Shown: positions 13,331-23,774, numbered from the stretch's first letter. The stretch is 64,000 nucleotides of DNA from an uncultured Verrucomicrobiae bacterium (GCA_963834385.1 CAWIBO010000002.1:192001-256000), one strand, 5' to 3'. Numbers and translations: made by a program. The notes: generated by a model not told the origin, from the sequence alone.

Positions 13331-14860
13331 TCAGCCTGCCGCGCCCACCGCCTCGGTGGCACCGGAACGCCGGGCTGCGTCCTGGTCAAGCGCGTCGGCG
13401 GCGATCCATCCCGACATCAGCACCATCGGCATGCCCGGGCCGGGGTGCGCGGCCCCGCCCGCCAGGTAAAGGCCCGCGACATCCCGGCTGCGATTCGAAG
13501 GCTTGAAGGCGCCCAGAAGACGGCCGTGACTGGCCAGGCCGTAGATGGCCCCCTGCAGAACCTGGTAACGATCATGAATGTCCTGCGGCGTGAGCGCCGC
13601 CTCGCTGACAATGCTGCCGGGGTCGAAACCGGCGGTGCGCTTCAGTTTCTCGAGGATGACCTTGCGATAATCGGGCAGCATCTTTCGCCAATCCTGCCCC
13701 GGACGGAGGAAGGGTGTGTGCACCAGGACGTAAAGAGCCTCGCCGCCGGCGGGGGCGACGCTCGGGTCGGAGAGGGCCGGCGCGCAGACGTAGCAGGTCG
13801 GGTCCGGGGCGGGCTGGCCGCGCCGATAGATATGGCGAAATTCATCATGCGGATCGTCCGAGAAGATGAAGTTATGATGAAGAAACTGTTTCGGCCGCTC
13901 GGCCAGGCCAAGATAAAGCACCACGCCGGAGCAGGCCGGCTCGTAGCGGCGCCGGCGCTCAAAGGCCGGGACGCCGCCGAGCAACTCCCGGTGTGTCCGG
14001 ACCGCATCAGCATTGGAAACGATCGCGTCGAAGGCCAGATGCTGGCCTGAGGCGAGTTCCACGCCGGTGGCCTGCCGGTTGGTCACGGTGATGCGGCGCA
14101 CCTGTGCGCCTTTTTGAAACTCGACTCCCAGCTCCTGCGCGAGGAGGGCCAGGGCGCGCGGGACGGCCGCGGTGCCGCCGAGGGGATACCAGATTCCCTC
14201 GTCCGTCTGCATGTGCGCGATGCCGCAGAGGACTGCCGGCGAATTGTCGGGCGCCGACCCCACGTACTGGGTGAAATGATCGACCATCTGGGCCACGCGC
14301 CGGTCGGGGATGAATTTGCGCACCGTGCTCCCGACCGACCGTCCCATGCGCATGGCCAGCACGTCGGAGAGCGTGGCCGGTTGCATCATTTCCGTCGCAT
14401 TAAACATGTCGCGCAGGCCGCCCACCGGCCGGTAGAAGAACCAGTTCCGCGAGATGCGATGCAGTCTTTCGGAAAGCTCGAGAAAGCGGCCATAACCCTC
14501 CGCGGTCTTCGCGCCGCTGAAATTTTCCAGGGTCGCGCGCATCTCCTGGATGTTCTCCGTCAGGTCCAGGGTGGTGCCGTCGGTGAAAAAGGAACGCCAC
14601 TGCGGATCGAGGCGCACCATCGGAATCCGTTCCTCGAGGCTGGCGTTGGCCTCCGCGAAAATGCGTTTCAACACCGAGGGCACCGTCAGGATGGTCGGGC
14701 CCATGTCGAAACGAAAACCGTCCTGCTCCAGCACGGCCGCCTTGCCGCCCAGCCAGTCGTTTTTCTCAAAAAGAGTGACCTCGTGGCCACGGGCGGCCAG
14801 GGTGACGGCGGCGGCGAGGCCGCCAAGTCCACCGCCAATGATTCCAACGCGTTTGCTCAT
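13331..14860 (-). CDS. crtP: Phytoene desaturase family protein, CrtP/CrtNb-like diapolycopene oxidase
   Basis: IIGGGLGGLAAA, FRFDMGPTILT, GIWYPLGG, LYLAGGAAHPGPGMPMVLMSG. Confidence 0.75.
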   Translation of the reverse strand: MSKRVGIIGGGLGGLAAAVTLAARGHEVTLFEKNDWLGGKAAVLEQDGFRFDMGPTILTVPSVLKRIFAEANASLEERIPMVRLDPQWRSFFTDGTTLDLTENIQEMRATLENFSGAKTAEGYGRFLELSERLHRISRNWFFYRPVGGLRDMFNATEMMQPATLSDVLAMRMGRSVGSTVRKFIPDRRVAQMVDHFTQYVGSAPDNSPAVLCGIAHMQTDEGIWYPLGGTAAVPRALALLAQELGVEFQKGAQVRRITVTNRQATGVELASGQHLAFDAIVSNADAVRTHRELLGGVPAFERRRRYEPACSGVVLYLGLAERPKQFLHHNFIFSDDPHDEFRHIYRRGQPAPDPTCYVCAPALSDPSVAPAGGEALYVLVHTPFLRPGQDWRKMLPDYRKVILEKLKRTAGFDPGSIVSEAALTPQDIHDRYQVLQGAIYGLASHGRLLGAFKPSNRSRDVAGLYLAGGAAHPGPGMPMVLMSGWIAADALDQDAARRSGATEAVGAAG

Positions 14861-16161
14861 CTTTTTTTCCTCCGTGCCATGGCTGCTGAGAATAGCCGGC
14901 ATAACCCCGAGATTCTCTGTTTAAACCCGCGGCCGTGCGCCAGGCCAAGGTAACCTGCAAAGAGATCCGCGTCTGCCGGGTGCGACTTCATCAGGTGCGG
15001 CCTTATCTTTGCGCGCCGGACTGAGACGGAATGCGGATAAGTCATTTCCAGGAGACCTTCGCGACCGCGGGTCACGCCAAACCCGCTTGAGCGCACGCCC
15101 CCAAAGGGAAAACGGGGATCGGCCGTGGGCACAATAATGTCGTTGATGGTGACGAACCCGGTTGCGAGGTCGGCCGCGAGTTTTGCGGCCGTATTCTCGT
15201 CCCGGGAGAAAATGGTGGCCCCGAGACCCGCTTCCGCGTCGCCCATGAGGAGAAGCGCGTCCTGGTCATTGGCCACGGCCACGATTTCGCTCGTGCTCAG
15301 GCCCCGCGCAGCGAAGCGGGCATGCAGTTCGCGCACGAGGGTGGCGTCGACATAGATGATGTGCGGGAGCATGCAGGTCTCGCCGCCGTTGAGGTCACGG
15401 GCGAATGCAATCGTGCGCACGACGAGGTCGAGATCCGCGTCGCCCCGAACGTAAACGGGATCCTGGCCGGAAAGTTCCATGATGGCGGGGATGTTCCGCG
15501 GCGCGAGGTGCGCGAGAAAATCGCGGCCGTTCGCGGACGACCCGGTGAAGACCACCTTGTCCACCCCGCAGTTTGCCGCCTCGCGCGCGGCCTCGGGACT
15601 TTCCGGGAGCAAAAGCATCAGGTTCGGATCCAGTCCGGCCGCCCGAAAAATTTCCTCGCGAAAGAACCGCAGGGGCGCGCTGCTCTGCTCCGCCGGTTTA
15701 AGCAGGACGGCGTTTCCGGCGACCAGCGCCTGCAAGGCCTGGATGGCCGGCAGGAAGAGCGGATAATTGCCGGGGCCGACGATGAGGACCACGCCCCACG
15801 GTTTGCGCTCGATGGCGAGGCGGGCACCGAGAAGCCAAAGCGGACGGCCCCGGACACCGTGCCGCCGGGGACGCAGGATGCGCGCGGCATTCTTTTCCAG
15901 GAAACGGCAGCCGTCGGCCAGGGGAACGACTTCCGAGACGAGTTTCTCCGCCGGGGTGCGCCGGCAGAGTTCCGCGGTCACCTCGGCCAACGCCGGGGCG
16001 TGCCGGGCGATGGTGCTGCGAAGCGAACCGATCAGGCTTGCCCGCTCCCGCACGGGCCGCCGGGCCCACGTTTTTTGAGCCTGACGGGCCGCGACGAATT
16101 TTTGCGCCACTTCCGGCCGGAGCGCCGGGATCTGGCGGGTGAAATTTTCCAGCGCAATCAT
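14857..16161 (-). CDS. Aldehyde dehydrogenase, AldH/CrtNc-like (diapolycopenedial dehydrogenase)
   Basis: PWGVVLIVGPGNYP, LKPAE, FTGS, MELSGQDP, GETC (catalytic Cys), PFGGVRSSGFG; translationally coupled to both desaturases. Confidence 0.85.
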   Translation of the reverse strand: MIALENFTRQIPALRPEVAQKFVAARQAQKTWARRPVRERASLIGSLRSTIARHAPALAEVTAELCRRTPAEKLVSEVVPLADGCRFLEKNAARILRPRRHGVRGRPLWLLGARLAIERKPWGVVLIVGPGNYPLFLPAIQALQALVAGNAVLLKPAEQSSAPLRFFREEIFRAAGLDPNLMLLLPESPEAAREAANCGVDKVVFTGSSANGRDFLAHLAPRNIPAIMELSGQDPVYVRGDADLDLVVRTIAFARDLNGGETCMLPHIIYVDATLVRELHARFAARGLSTSEIVAVANDQDALLLMGDAEAGLGATIFSRDENTAAKLAADLATGFVTINDIIVPTADPRFPFGGVRSSGFGVTRGREGLLEMTYPHSVSVRRAKIRPHLMKSHPADADLFAGYLGLAHGRGFKQRISGLCRLFSAAMARRKKR

Positions 16162-17718
16162 GCCGCCACCATTTCTTCGGGGGGAGATGTCGTCTCACGG
16201 ACGGCGGGCGCGCCGAGGTCCTCGCCGATGAGACGCGAAGTGATCCGGGCGGATTCGAAAATGACCGGCAGACCACTGCCCGGGTGCGTTCCGCCGCCGA
16301 CGAGATAGACGCCGGGGAGGTCCTCGAACCGGTTGCGCGGCCGCAGATGCAGGAGCTGGTCGAGGCTGTGCGAAAGGTTGAAGGTCGCGCCGAGATGAAT
16401 CTGGTGCTGGCGATCCCAATCGGCCGGCGTGACCACGCGCTCGAACTCGATGCGGCGTTCGACCTCGTGAAACCCCGCCTTGGCGATCTGCTCGAGAGCC
16501 AGCTGCCGGTAGCGGTCGCGCTCCCTGCTCCAGTCGATGTTGGCGTGCTGGTGCGAGACGGGAAGCAGCACGTAGAGCGTGCTTTTGCCCGAAGGAGCGA
16601 GGGTCGCGTCGCTCACCCCGGCATTCTGCACGTAAAAGGAGGGATCAACCGAGAGAACGTGCTGTCGTTCAATCTCGTCGAGGTTTTCCTCGTAACCCTC
16701 CGAGACGAAAATGTTGTGGTGGGGGAGGTCGTAACGCCCATCGATGCCGAGGTAGAGCATGAAGGTGGAACAACTGAATTTTTTGCGCGCCAGGCGCCGG
16801 TCGCTCCAGCGCCGGCGATACCGGTCGGGCAAAAGACGCTGCATGGCCCGGGCGAAGTCGGCGTTGATGACAATGGCGTCGGCCTTGTATTCCCCCCGGC
16901 TGGTGCGCACGCCGGTGGCCCGGCCCTGCTGCACCAGGACTTCCTCGACCGGTTCGTCGAGGCAGATCTCCACACCGAGCTTGCGCGCCACCCGCGCCAG
17001 GGCCCGGGTAATTTCGCCGCAGCCGCCCACGGGATGAAACACGCCGTACTCGGTACTCGAGGAAGGAAAGAATCGAGAAAAGGCTGGGGCAGCGGAAGGG
17101 CGACATGCCGAGATATTTTGACTGGAAGGAAAAGGCGAGGCGCATGCGCGGGTCAGAGAAGAAGCGCCGCAGATCCTCGTCCATCGACTGGTGGGGGCGC
17201 AGGTAGGGAAGAAGCTTGAGCAGCTGAGGATTAAAGAGATTGCGCCAGCCGGAGAAGGCGGATTCGAGGGCGGGCTGCATCAAGCGCAGCTTGCGGCGAT
17301 TGTCGGCCAGGTAGCGTTCGAAACCGTCCGCATCCTGCGGCGCGATCTTCCGGATTTGTTCCTTCATCCGCGCCACGTCGGGGGTGCAATCGAGGGTGGC
17401 GCTATCGCCGAAAATGATGCGGTACTGCGGGTCGAGCCGGATCAGTTCGAGTTCGTCCTTCAGGGAAGTGCCGGCGGCCTGGAAGATTTCGTCCAGCACG
17501 CGCGGGTAGAGGAAGAAGGTGGGACCGACATCGAAGCGGAAACCGTCGGCCTCGATTGAGGAGGTTCGCCCGCCGAGGAGAGGGAGGCGTTCGAGGACGC
17601 GGACGTGATAACCCGCAGTTGCCAGAAGAACAGCCGAGGCAAGCCCCCCAGGGCCCGCGCCCACAATGATGATTTCTGGGGTGTGGGCGCGCGCGGCCTT
17701 TTTGGAGCGTAGCTGCAT
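16158..17718 (-). CDS. crtN: Phytoene/diapophytoene desaturase CrtN/CrtI (one frameshift near 17050)
   Basis: IVGAGPGGLA, FRFDVGPTFF, SFQSKYLGMSP, then HPVGG and VYLVGGGTHPGSGLPVIFESA; AAGGAG ribosome-binding site upstream of ATG 17718. Confidence 0.8.
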
Positions 17719-17828
17719 GACTCCTTGGCTATTCGTGCCACTCCAGCCCACGGATTCACAGCAAATAAGCGGAGAAACCGTGGCGCCCGGTTTGCGCGGG
17801 GGGAAAGCTGGGTATCGTGCGCGTTAAC

Positions 17829-18605
17829 ATGACCGAGCAAGTTCTGGCGGGAAAAACCGGCGTCGTCTTTGGCGTCGCGAACAAACGGAGCATCGCGTGG
17901 GCTATCGCGAAGGCATGGGCAGCGGCCGGGGCGCGGCTGATTTTCAATTATCAGGGAGAGCGCCTGAAGGAAAACGTGGCGGAACTCGTGGGAGAGTTCG
18001 GCGAGGGCACACCGCTTTATCCGTGCGACGTCTCCAGCGACGAGGAAATCGAGAAGTTCTTCGGGAAAGTGAAGGGCGAGACCGACCGGCTCGATCTCCT
18101 TCTGCATTCGGTGGCTTTCGCGCCCAAGGAGGCGCTCGAGGGCGATTTCTTGGGCACGACCCGCGAAGCTTTTCGAACCGCGCACGATATCAGCGCGTAT
18201 TCGCTCGTCGCCCTGACCCGCGCGGCCGCTCCCATGATGACGGAGGGCGGGAGTGTGGTGGCGATGAGCTACTACGGGGCGGAAAAGGTGGTGCCCCACT
18301 ACAACGTCATGGGCGTGGCCAAGGCGAGCCTGGAAGCCAGCACCCGTTACCTGGCCTACGATCTCGGACCGAAAAAAATCCGGGTCAATTGCATCTCCGC
18401 CGGTCCCGTAAACACCCTCGCGGCCCGCGGCATCAGCGGATTCTCGCAAATGCTGAAGCATTACCAGGAACGGGCCCCGCTCAAGAGGAGCTGTGAGCCG
18501 TCCGAACTCGGCGCGACTGGCGTCTTTCTGGCCGGCCCGGGCGGGGCGGCCATCACCGGCCAGGTCATTTACGTGGACGGCGGTTACCAGATCATGGGGA
18601 TGTAA
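17829..18605 (+). CDS. fabI: Enoyl-ACP reductase FabI
   Basis: GVANKRSIAWAIA, HSVAFAP, YNVMGVAKASLE, SAGPVNTLAA. Confidence 0.96.
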   Translation: MTEQVLAGKTGVVFGVANKRSIAWAIAKAWAAAGARLIFNYQGERLKENVAELVGEFGEGTPLYPCDVSSDEEIEKFFGKVKGETDRLDLLLHSVAFAPKEALEGDFLGTTREAFRTAHDISAYSLVALTRAAAPMMTEGGSVVAMSYYGAEKVVPHYNVMGVAKASLEASTRYLAYDLGPKKIRVNCISAGPVNTLAARGISGFSQMLKHYQERAPLKRSCEPSELGATGVFLAGPGGAAITGQVIYVDGGYQIMGM

Positions 18606-18626
18606 GCGGAATTTCGAATTGCCATT

Positions 18627-20006
18627 TTGGATTTGCGATTGAAGCAGCAGTTGGTTGAGCTGCTCGGTGAAAATGTCGTCGCCGCTGATTCGGAGACACT
18701 CACTGCGCACTCGGGCGACAAATGGTTTGCGAGCCACCCGCCGGATGTTGTCGTCTTTGCCGAATCCACAGAGCAGGTGAGCGCGCTGCTGCGGTTTGCC
18801 GCGGAAAGAAAGGTTCCGGTCACGGCCCGCGGGGCCGGCTACGGTTATGTGGGCGGGTGCGTGCCCGAAAAGGGGGGCATTGCCCTGTCGCTCGCCCGGA
18901 TGAACCGGATCAGGGAGATCAGTTTTGATGACGCCGTGGCGGTGGTGGAACCGGGCGTGATTACGGCGGAGCTGAAACGGCAGGCGCGCGCACAAAAACT
19001 TTTTTATCCGCCCGACCCGGCCAGCCTGGAGCATTGCACCCTTGGCGGAAACGTGGCCACGAACGCGGGCGGGCCGCGCTGCCTGAAATACGGGGTGACG
19101 CGCAACTACGTGCTCGGGCTCGAGGTGGTCCTGGCTGGGGGCGCCGTTCTCCGCGTGGGCGGCCGGGTGCATAAAAACAAGACCGGGTTCGACCTGATCG
19201 GCCTGTTTGTCGGCGCCGAAGGAATGCTCGGGATTGTGACCGAGATCACCCTCCGGCTTCTCCCGCTCCCCCCGGCGCGCGCCACCCTTTCCGCCGCTTT
19301 TGCCACCATGGCCGAGGCAGCCGCGGCGGTGCAGGCCATCTTTGCCGCGGGATTTCTTCCTTCTTCATTGGAGATTGCCGACCAGTTCACCCTGGAATCG
19401 GCGCGGCGCGACCGCGCGGAAGGGTCGGTGCCGCCCGGTAACGCCCATCTCCTCGTGGAACTGGATGGGCAACCCGCCTCCGTCACGGCGGAGTTGCAGG
19501 CCCTCAGGGAGCTGCTGGAGCAACGGGTTCCCACCGCGCTCGAGGTGGCGGCGGATGAGGCGGCTTCGGAACATCTCTGGGCGCTGCGCCGCGATTTCAG
19601 CAATTCCCTGCGCGCCACCGGTCTGACAAAACTGAACCAGGACGTTGTTGTCCCGCGCAGCCGGCTGGTCGACCTGGTGGAGTTCGCGGCCGAGCTGCAG
19701 GCGCGGCACGGTTTTCCAGTCGCGTGCTTTGGTCATGCGGGTGATGGGAACATCCACGTCAACATCATGGCCGAGGGTTACAACCGGGAGGCTGCGGTGC
19801 GGGAGCGCGTGGAAGCCGCGCTTGACGACCTTTTTGCGCAGGTGCTCGCCTGGGGAGGTGTCATCACCGGCGAACATGGCGTCGGCCTCGCCAAGAAACG
19901 CTGGTGGCCCGATGCGACCAGCGAGGTCGCGCGTGATCTGCACCGCCGGCTGAAGCAGGCGCTCGATCCGCACGGGATCCTGAATCCCGGAAAATTCGTC
20001 GATTAG
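18627..20006 (+). CDS. FAD-linked oxidase, GlcD / D-2-hydroxyacid dehydrogenase family
   Basis: FYPPDPAS, GGNVATNAGG, KYGVT, FGHAGDGNIH, GEHGVG, ILNPGK. Confidence 0.9.
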   Translation: MDLRLKQQLVELLGENVVAADSETLTAHSGDKWFASHPPDVVVFAESTEQVSALLRFAAERKVPVTARGAGYGYVGGCVPEKGGIALSLARMNRIREISFDDAVAVVEPGVITAELKRQARAQKLFYPPDPASLEHCTLGGNVATNAGGPRCLKYGVTRNYVLGLEVVLAGGAVLRVGGRVHKNKTGFDLIGLFVGAEGMLGIVTEITLRLLPLPPARATLSAAFATMAEAAAAVQAIFAAGFLPSSLEIADQFTLESARRDRAEGSVPPGNAHLLVELDGQPASVTAELQALRELLEQRVPTALEVAADEAASEHLWALRRDFSNSLRATGLTKLNQDVVVPRSRLVDLVEFAAELQARHGFPVACFGHAGDGNIHVNIMAEGYNREAAVRERVEAALDDLFAQVLAWGGVITGEHGVGLAKKRWWPDATSEVARDLHRRLKQALDPHGILNPGKFVD

Positions 20007-20908
20007 TTCCGGGTCAGGTCGAAGCGGGCGCGGATGGCGCGGTGGTCGCTCGCGTCCTTGGCCGTTTCCACCATGGCGGCCTCGCGCAGGGAGGCATTTT
20101 TATAGAGGATGTGATCGAAGCAGGCGGCTGGAAACCGGCGATCCGCGGCAATGGTCTGACGCTGGGCAAACGGGACATTGCGCCAGGCCCAGGCAAAGCC
20201 GGCCGCGAAAAGGCGCGGCATGGTCTGTTCATTTCGGAAACGGGGATCGTCCAACGAGGTGTTGAAATCGCCGCCCACGATCCAGCTCAGGCGCCCAAGT
20301 TTTTCGTAGGCTGTCGCCATCGCCTTCATGTGCGCGACCAGTTGCCGGGCCGATTCCTCGCGCAGCCGGACATTTTCGCTGTGCTCGCCGCCGTTGCTCT
20401 TCAGATGAACAACATAAACCATCAGCAGGTGTTTGGGTGCGATCTGGTAGGCGGCGAAGGCGAACCCGCGCGGCGGCGCCAGGGGCCCCTCCGCCTGCCA
20501 GAGTTCCGACCAGGCGCTCACCGCGGGCAGGCGACTCGCCAGCACGACCTGCTGGGCCTCCGCCTGGTTCTCGCGCGGGGGGAAATTGGAAATGACGTCG
20601 ACCTTGAACCCGGGCAGTGGCTTGAGGGCAAGCTCCGCGGCCTGCCAGTCGCGCACTTCTTCGAGGCCAATGACGTCCGCCTTAAGCCGGGTGATTTCGG
20701 CGTGCACAAGCTCGGTCTGCCGGGCCTCCTCGGGAGCAGAAGCATCGGGACGCCCACCGGGAAACCATTGGATGTTCCAGAATGCCACTCCCACGTCCGC
20801 TGCGGTGACAGGCGCCTCCGCCAGCCGGGCTGGTTCCTCCGCGCGGGCGGAAAACGAAATGAGGAGGCCGAGGAAAAGGGCGGGCAGACTCCGGCAGAGG
20901 CGATGCAT
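20003..20908 (-). CDS. Secreted endonuclease/exonuclease/phosphatase family protein
   Basis: Signal peptide; WNIQWF, LEEV, VHLKS, GDFN, FDHI and SDH motifs. Confidence 0.88.
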   Translation of the reverse strand: MHRLCRSLPALFLGLLISFSARAEEPARLAEAPVTAADVGVAFWNIQWFPGGRPDASAPEEARQTELVHAEITRLKADVIGLEEVRDWQAAELALKPLPGFKVDVISNFPPRENQAEAQQVVLASRLPAVSAWSELWQAEGPLAPPRGFAFAAYQIAPKHLLMVYVVHLKSNGGEHSENVRLREESARQLVAHMKAMATAYEKLGRLSWIVGGDFNTSLDDPRFRNEQTMPRLFAAGFAWAWRNVPFAQRQTIAADRRFPAACFDHILYKNASLREAAMVETAKDASDHRAIRARFDLTRN

Positions 20909-20952
20909 CCCGGGAATCAACCGCATCTGCGCGGTGGCGCGAGCGATTTCGG

Positions 20953-22521
20953 TCAGCCGCGGGTGACGATCCGCTCGAGTTGCGCCCGCACGGCACGTTC
21001 CGCCTCGGCTTCGCTTTCGTAGCCGGACGCGATCAGCTGCAGCATCTGCGTGCCGACATCGCGCTTGCCCCGGCGCACCGCCTCGAGGCGGCCGGCCGCG
21101 GTCCAGTTTTCATCGTTCACCGTCCCGGCGTCCGGCACCGAGCCGTCCCAGTAACAGTAATAGACGTGGAGGACCTCCGAGCCGTTCTCGAAGACATAAC
21201 TGCGAATCGGCAGCGGCGCGCCGTTCACCACGAAAAACTTGTGCCGCGCCTCGCCCATCAGGCGCATGCCACTGGCCGGGAGACAAATGTCCGGCCGATG
21301 GTTCTTCAGGAAGAGCCCGGCGGTCCGGCCCGGGAGCCATTTGAAAAAGAACATGGACCAGCGGGTGCCGTTGTCCGAAACCCAGGTGGCGCCGCCCCCT
21401 TCGTTGTAGCGGAGAAGTTCCTGGGCTTGCTCGGCGATGGGCACGTCGGCGTAACCGGTCTCTGCTTCAGGCCAGCGAACGCTCCAGGCAGGCAGGCGCG
21501 ATTCGCCCGCTTCGTGCATGCCGTACCAGATTTGTGTGGTTGCCTCCGCTGCCAGGGCGCCTCCGACCAGGCCCACCAGAAGGAAGCGTGAAATTTTGTG
21601 CCCGGTGGCCCGGGAAGGGGCGGCCGCCGTTTCCTCGCGGACCCCGCGTTGCATCCAGATGCTGATCAGCCAGAGACCGAAAAGGCAGATGATCAGGATG
21701 GTAAACCCGGCCGGGTCATGCCATTTGCCGATGGCGTCGAAGCCACGCTCCGATCCGACGTAGACCAGGAAAAAGGTGCGCCCAAGATTGCAGACAAAGG
21801 CGAGCGCGGCGCCGGCCGCGATGAGCAGAAGCCGTTTCGAGGTCGAGAAAGAGTAGAGCTCGCCGAGGAAAAGGGAGATCATCAGAGTGGCCTGGAGTGA
21901 TCGAACCCCGGTGCAGGCCTCGTTGATCCCGACCACGCCGGAGCCCACTTCGATCAGATTGCCGAGCTGGACCGCGGGGATGCCAATGGCGTTGAGAACC
22001 TCGACGTTGATCGAGGCCACCACGCGCATCAGACCCTGGATCACCATTTGCTCGAACTGCGTGGGCCAGGGCACCGCCACGAGGAAAAAGAGGATGGGAA
22101 AGGCAAAATGCCGGCACCAACGAAGGCCCCCGGCGAGGTTGACCACGGCGAAAGTGATGCAGACCGCGCCCAGGCTCATGGCCCAGCTCAGAAGACGCCA
22201 GTCCGGGTTGGCCTCCTGCACGAGCCGGATCGGAATAAAGGCGAGGACGGCGAGGAGGGCGAAGACCAGGCCGAGGCCGGGCCAGAGAGGCCGGCTGGGA
22301 GCGGGCAGCGTTTCGCGCCGGCGCCAGGCGGAATAAAGGCAGAGAAACGGAACGGCCCAGCCGTAACTGTATTGCGGGTTGATCGACCACTCGAGTTGCA
22401 GCCGCGAAACAACCTGGGCCCAGACCAGGCCCAGCGCGACCAGCGGCACCCAGCTCAGGCCGACGGCAGGTTCGGCCTTGATCGCATCAGCCGTTCGATC
22501 GGGGAGGGTGAGGGCGTTCAC
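20953..22521 (-). CDS. xrt: Exosortase (EpsH-like) fused to a C-terminal EpsI-like domain
   Basis: Multi-TM N-half with catalytic triad EACTGVRS (Cys), NLGRT (Arg), KWHD (His); C-terminal HRPDICLPASG EpsI-like motif. Confidence 0.9.
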   Translation of the reverse strand: MNALTLPDRTADAIKAEPAVGLSWVPLVALGLVWAQVVSRLQLEWSINPQYSYGWAVPFLCLYSAWRRRETLPAPSRPLWPGLGLVFALLAVLAFIPIRLVQEANPDWRLLSWAMSLGAVCITFAVVNLAGGLRWCRHFAFPILFFLVAVPWPTQFEQMVIQGLMRVVASINVEVLNAIGIPAVQLGNLIEVGSGVVGINEACTGVRSLQATLMISLFLGELYSFSTSKRLLLIAAGAALAFVCNLGRTFFLVYVGSERGFDAIGKWHDPAGFTILIICLFGLWLISIWMQRGVREETAAAPSRATGHKISRFLLVGLVGGALAAEATTQIWYGMHEAGESRLPAWSVRWPEAETGYADVPIAEQAQELLRYNEGGGATWVSDNGTRWSMFFFKWLPGRTAGLFLKNHRPDICLPASGMRLMGEARHKFFVVNGAPLPIRSYVFENGSEVLHVYYCYWDGSVPDAGTVNDENWTAAGRLEAVRRGKRDVGTQMLQLIASGYESEAEAERAVRAQLERIVTRG

Positions 22522-22635
22522 AATGAGAGGGCTATTTTAGCAGGTCGCGAGCCGGGCTCATCCCGGGAAACGAATAAAATGCGGGAAAAACCGTCGAAAA
22601 AATCGCCGAAAACCGGGTGACAAACGCCCTATCAA

Positions 22636-22651
22636 TGGCATGTTTATGGCT
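22636..22651 (+). promoter_or_regulatory. Putative sigma54 -24/-12 promoter
   Basis: TGGCATGTTTATGGCT has GG-N10-GC spacing; lies in an AT-richer intergenic gap ~200 nt upstream of the CDS at 22852. Confidence 0.5.
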
Positions 22652-22851
22652 CCTCAGACAGTCGTAACTCAACCACTGCTTTCGACCTCGGTTTCTCCCT
22701 CGGAGACATGGCCTGGTCGGAATTTCCTGCGCCGCGCTGAGATCGTTACCCACTTTCCTATCAAGCATTTACCCACACCCATGAGTTCATATCCGATTCT
22801 TAAGATGAAGCCGGGATTTACCGCTCCGGCGGCCTGTCCCGCTGACGCCCG

Positions 22852-23706
22852 ATGAAACCCGGAACGCTTACTCATACCGTGGCCGTCCTGCTCTCGTCGA
22901 TGACCTCGATGTTCGCGCAGTCGGCCGTGCCCGCCAAGCTGGCTCCGGCCAAAGTGAAGGCGACCAAGACGGCCGGGAAAACGAAGGAGAGCTTTCTTTT
23001 CAGCGATCCGCTCTCTTACGCGCCTTCCATCGCGCCCTCCGCCGCCTCCGAGCGTTATCCCTGGCGCAAAAACATCGTGACCACGGTGTTCTGGATCGGC
23101 GAAAGACCGACGGCGAACAATCCCGTCCCGAACCACAAGAGTTCATGGGATGGCAACTGGGCAAAAAATTACGGGGGCTACGATAACCCGAACCGGGCGT
23201 CCCGGCGCAATTATGCCCCGGCCGGGTTCACCCCGCGGCAGAATCCGTTCTACATTGCCCTGCCTTACAATGACAAGTCCACCATGGGACATCGGCCGGA
23301 GGCTTCTCGCGTGGTGCCCTGGTTCAAGGAAGCTTACAAGGGTCCCGCGGCCTCCGTTTGCAAGGGACGCTGGGTCGCCATCCGGAAGGGCAATCGCGTC
23401 GCCTACGCGCAATGGGAAGATGCCGGCCCGTTCCGCACGGATCACTGGCAGTATGTCTTCGGCACCGAACGCCCGAAGCCGAACCTGAACAAAGGCGCGG
23501 GCCTCGATGTCTCGCCCGCCGTCCGGGACTACCTCGGGATGAATGACACGGACGTGACCGACTGGAAGTTCGTGGAGTTTGATGAGGTGCCGCGTGGTCC
23601 CTGGGCGCAGTTCGGGGATAACAACACCTTTGTCCAGCGTCAGCGCGCCACGGAACGGCAGGTGGCGCAGCGGCAGGGCCCCGCGCCCGCCACGGCCACC
23701 CGCTAG
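22852..23706 (+). CDS. Secreted hypothetical protein with RlpA/DPBB-like motifs
   Basis: Signal peptide; IVTTVFWIGE, WEDAGP and GLDVSPAV resemble double-psi beta-barrel D-x-GP and D-L-S motifs. Confidence 0.75.
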   Translation: MKPGTLTHTVAVLLSSMTSMFAQSAVPAKLAPAKVKATKTAGKTKESFLFSDPLSYAPSIAPSAASERYPWRKNIVTTVFWIGERPTANNPVPNHKSSWDGNWAKNYGGYDNPNRASRRNYAPAGFTPRQNPFYIALPYNDKSTMGHRPEASRVVPWFKEAYKGPAASVCKGRWVAIRKGNRVAYAQWEDAGPFRTDHWQYVFGTERPKPNLNKGAGLDVSPAVRDYLGMNDTDVTDWKFVEFDEVPRGPWAQFGDNNTFVQRQRATERQVAQRQGPAPATATR

Positions 23707-23774
23707 GCGGGCTTCCGCACCCTCCGTTTTTCTTAGGCTTCCGCCCGGCGCAAGTTCCGCGCTAGGCTCCCGCC

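Noticed and set aside
17725..17740. Sigma54 promoter for the carotenoid operon (TGGCACGAATAGCC)
   Set aside because: The GC lies 8 nt rather than 10 nt after GG, and the element abuts the ribosome-binding site.
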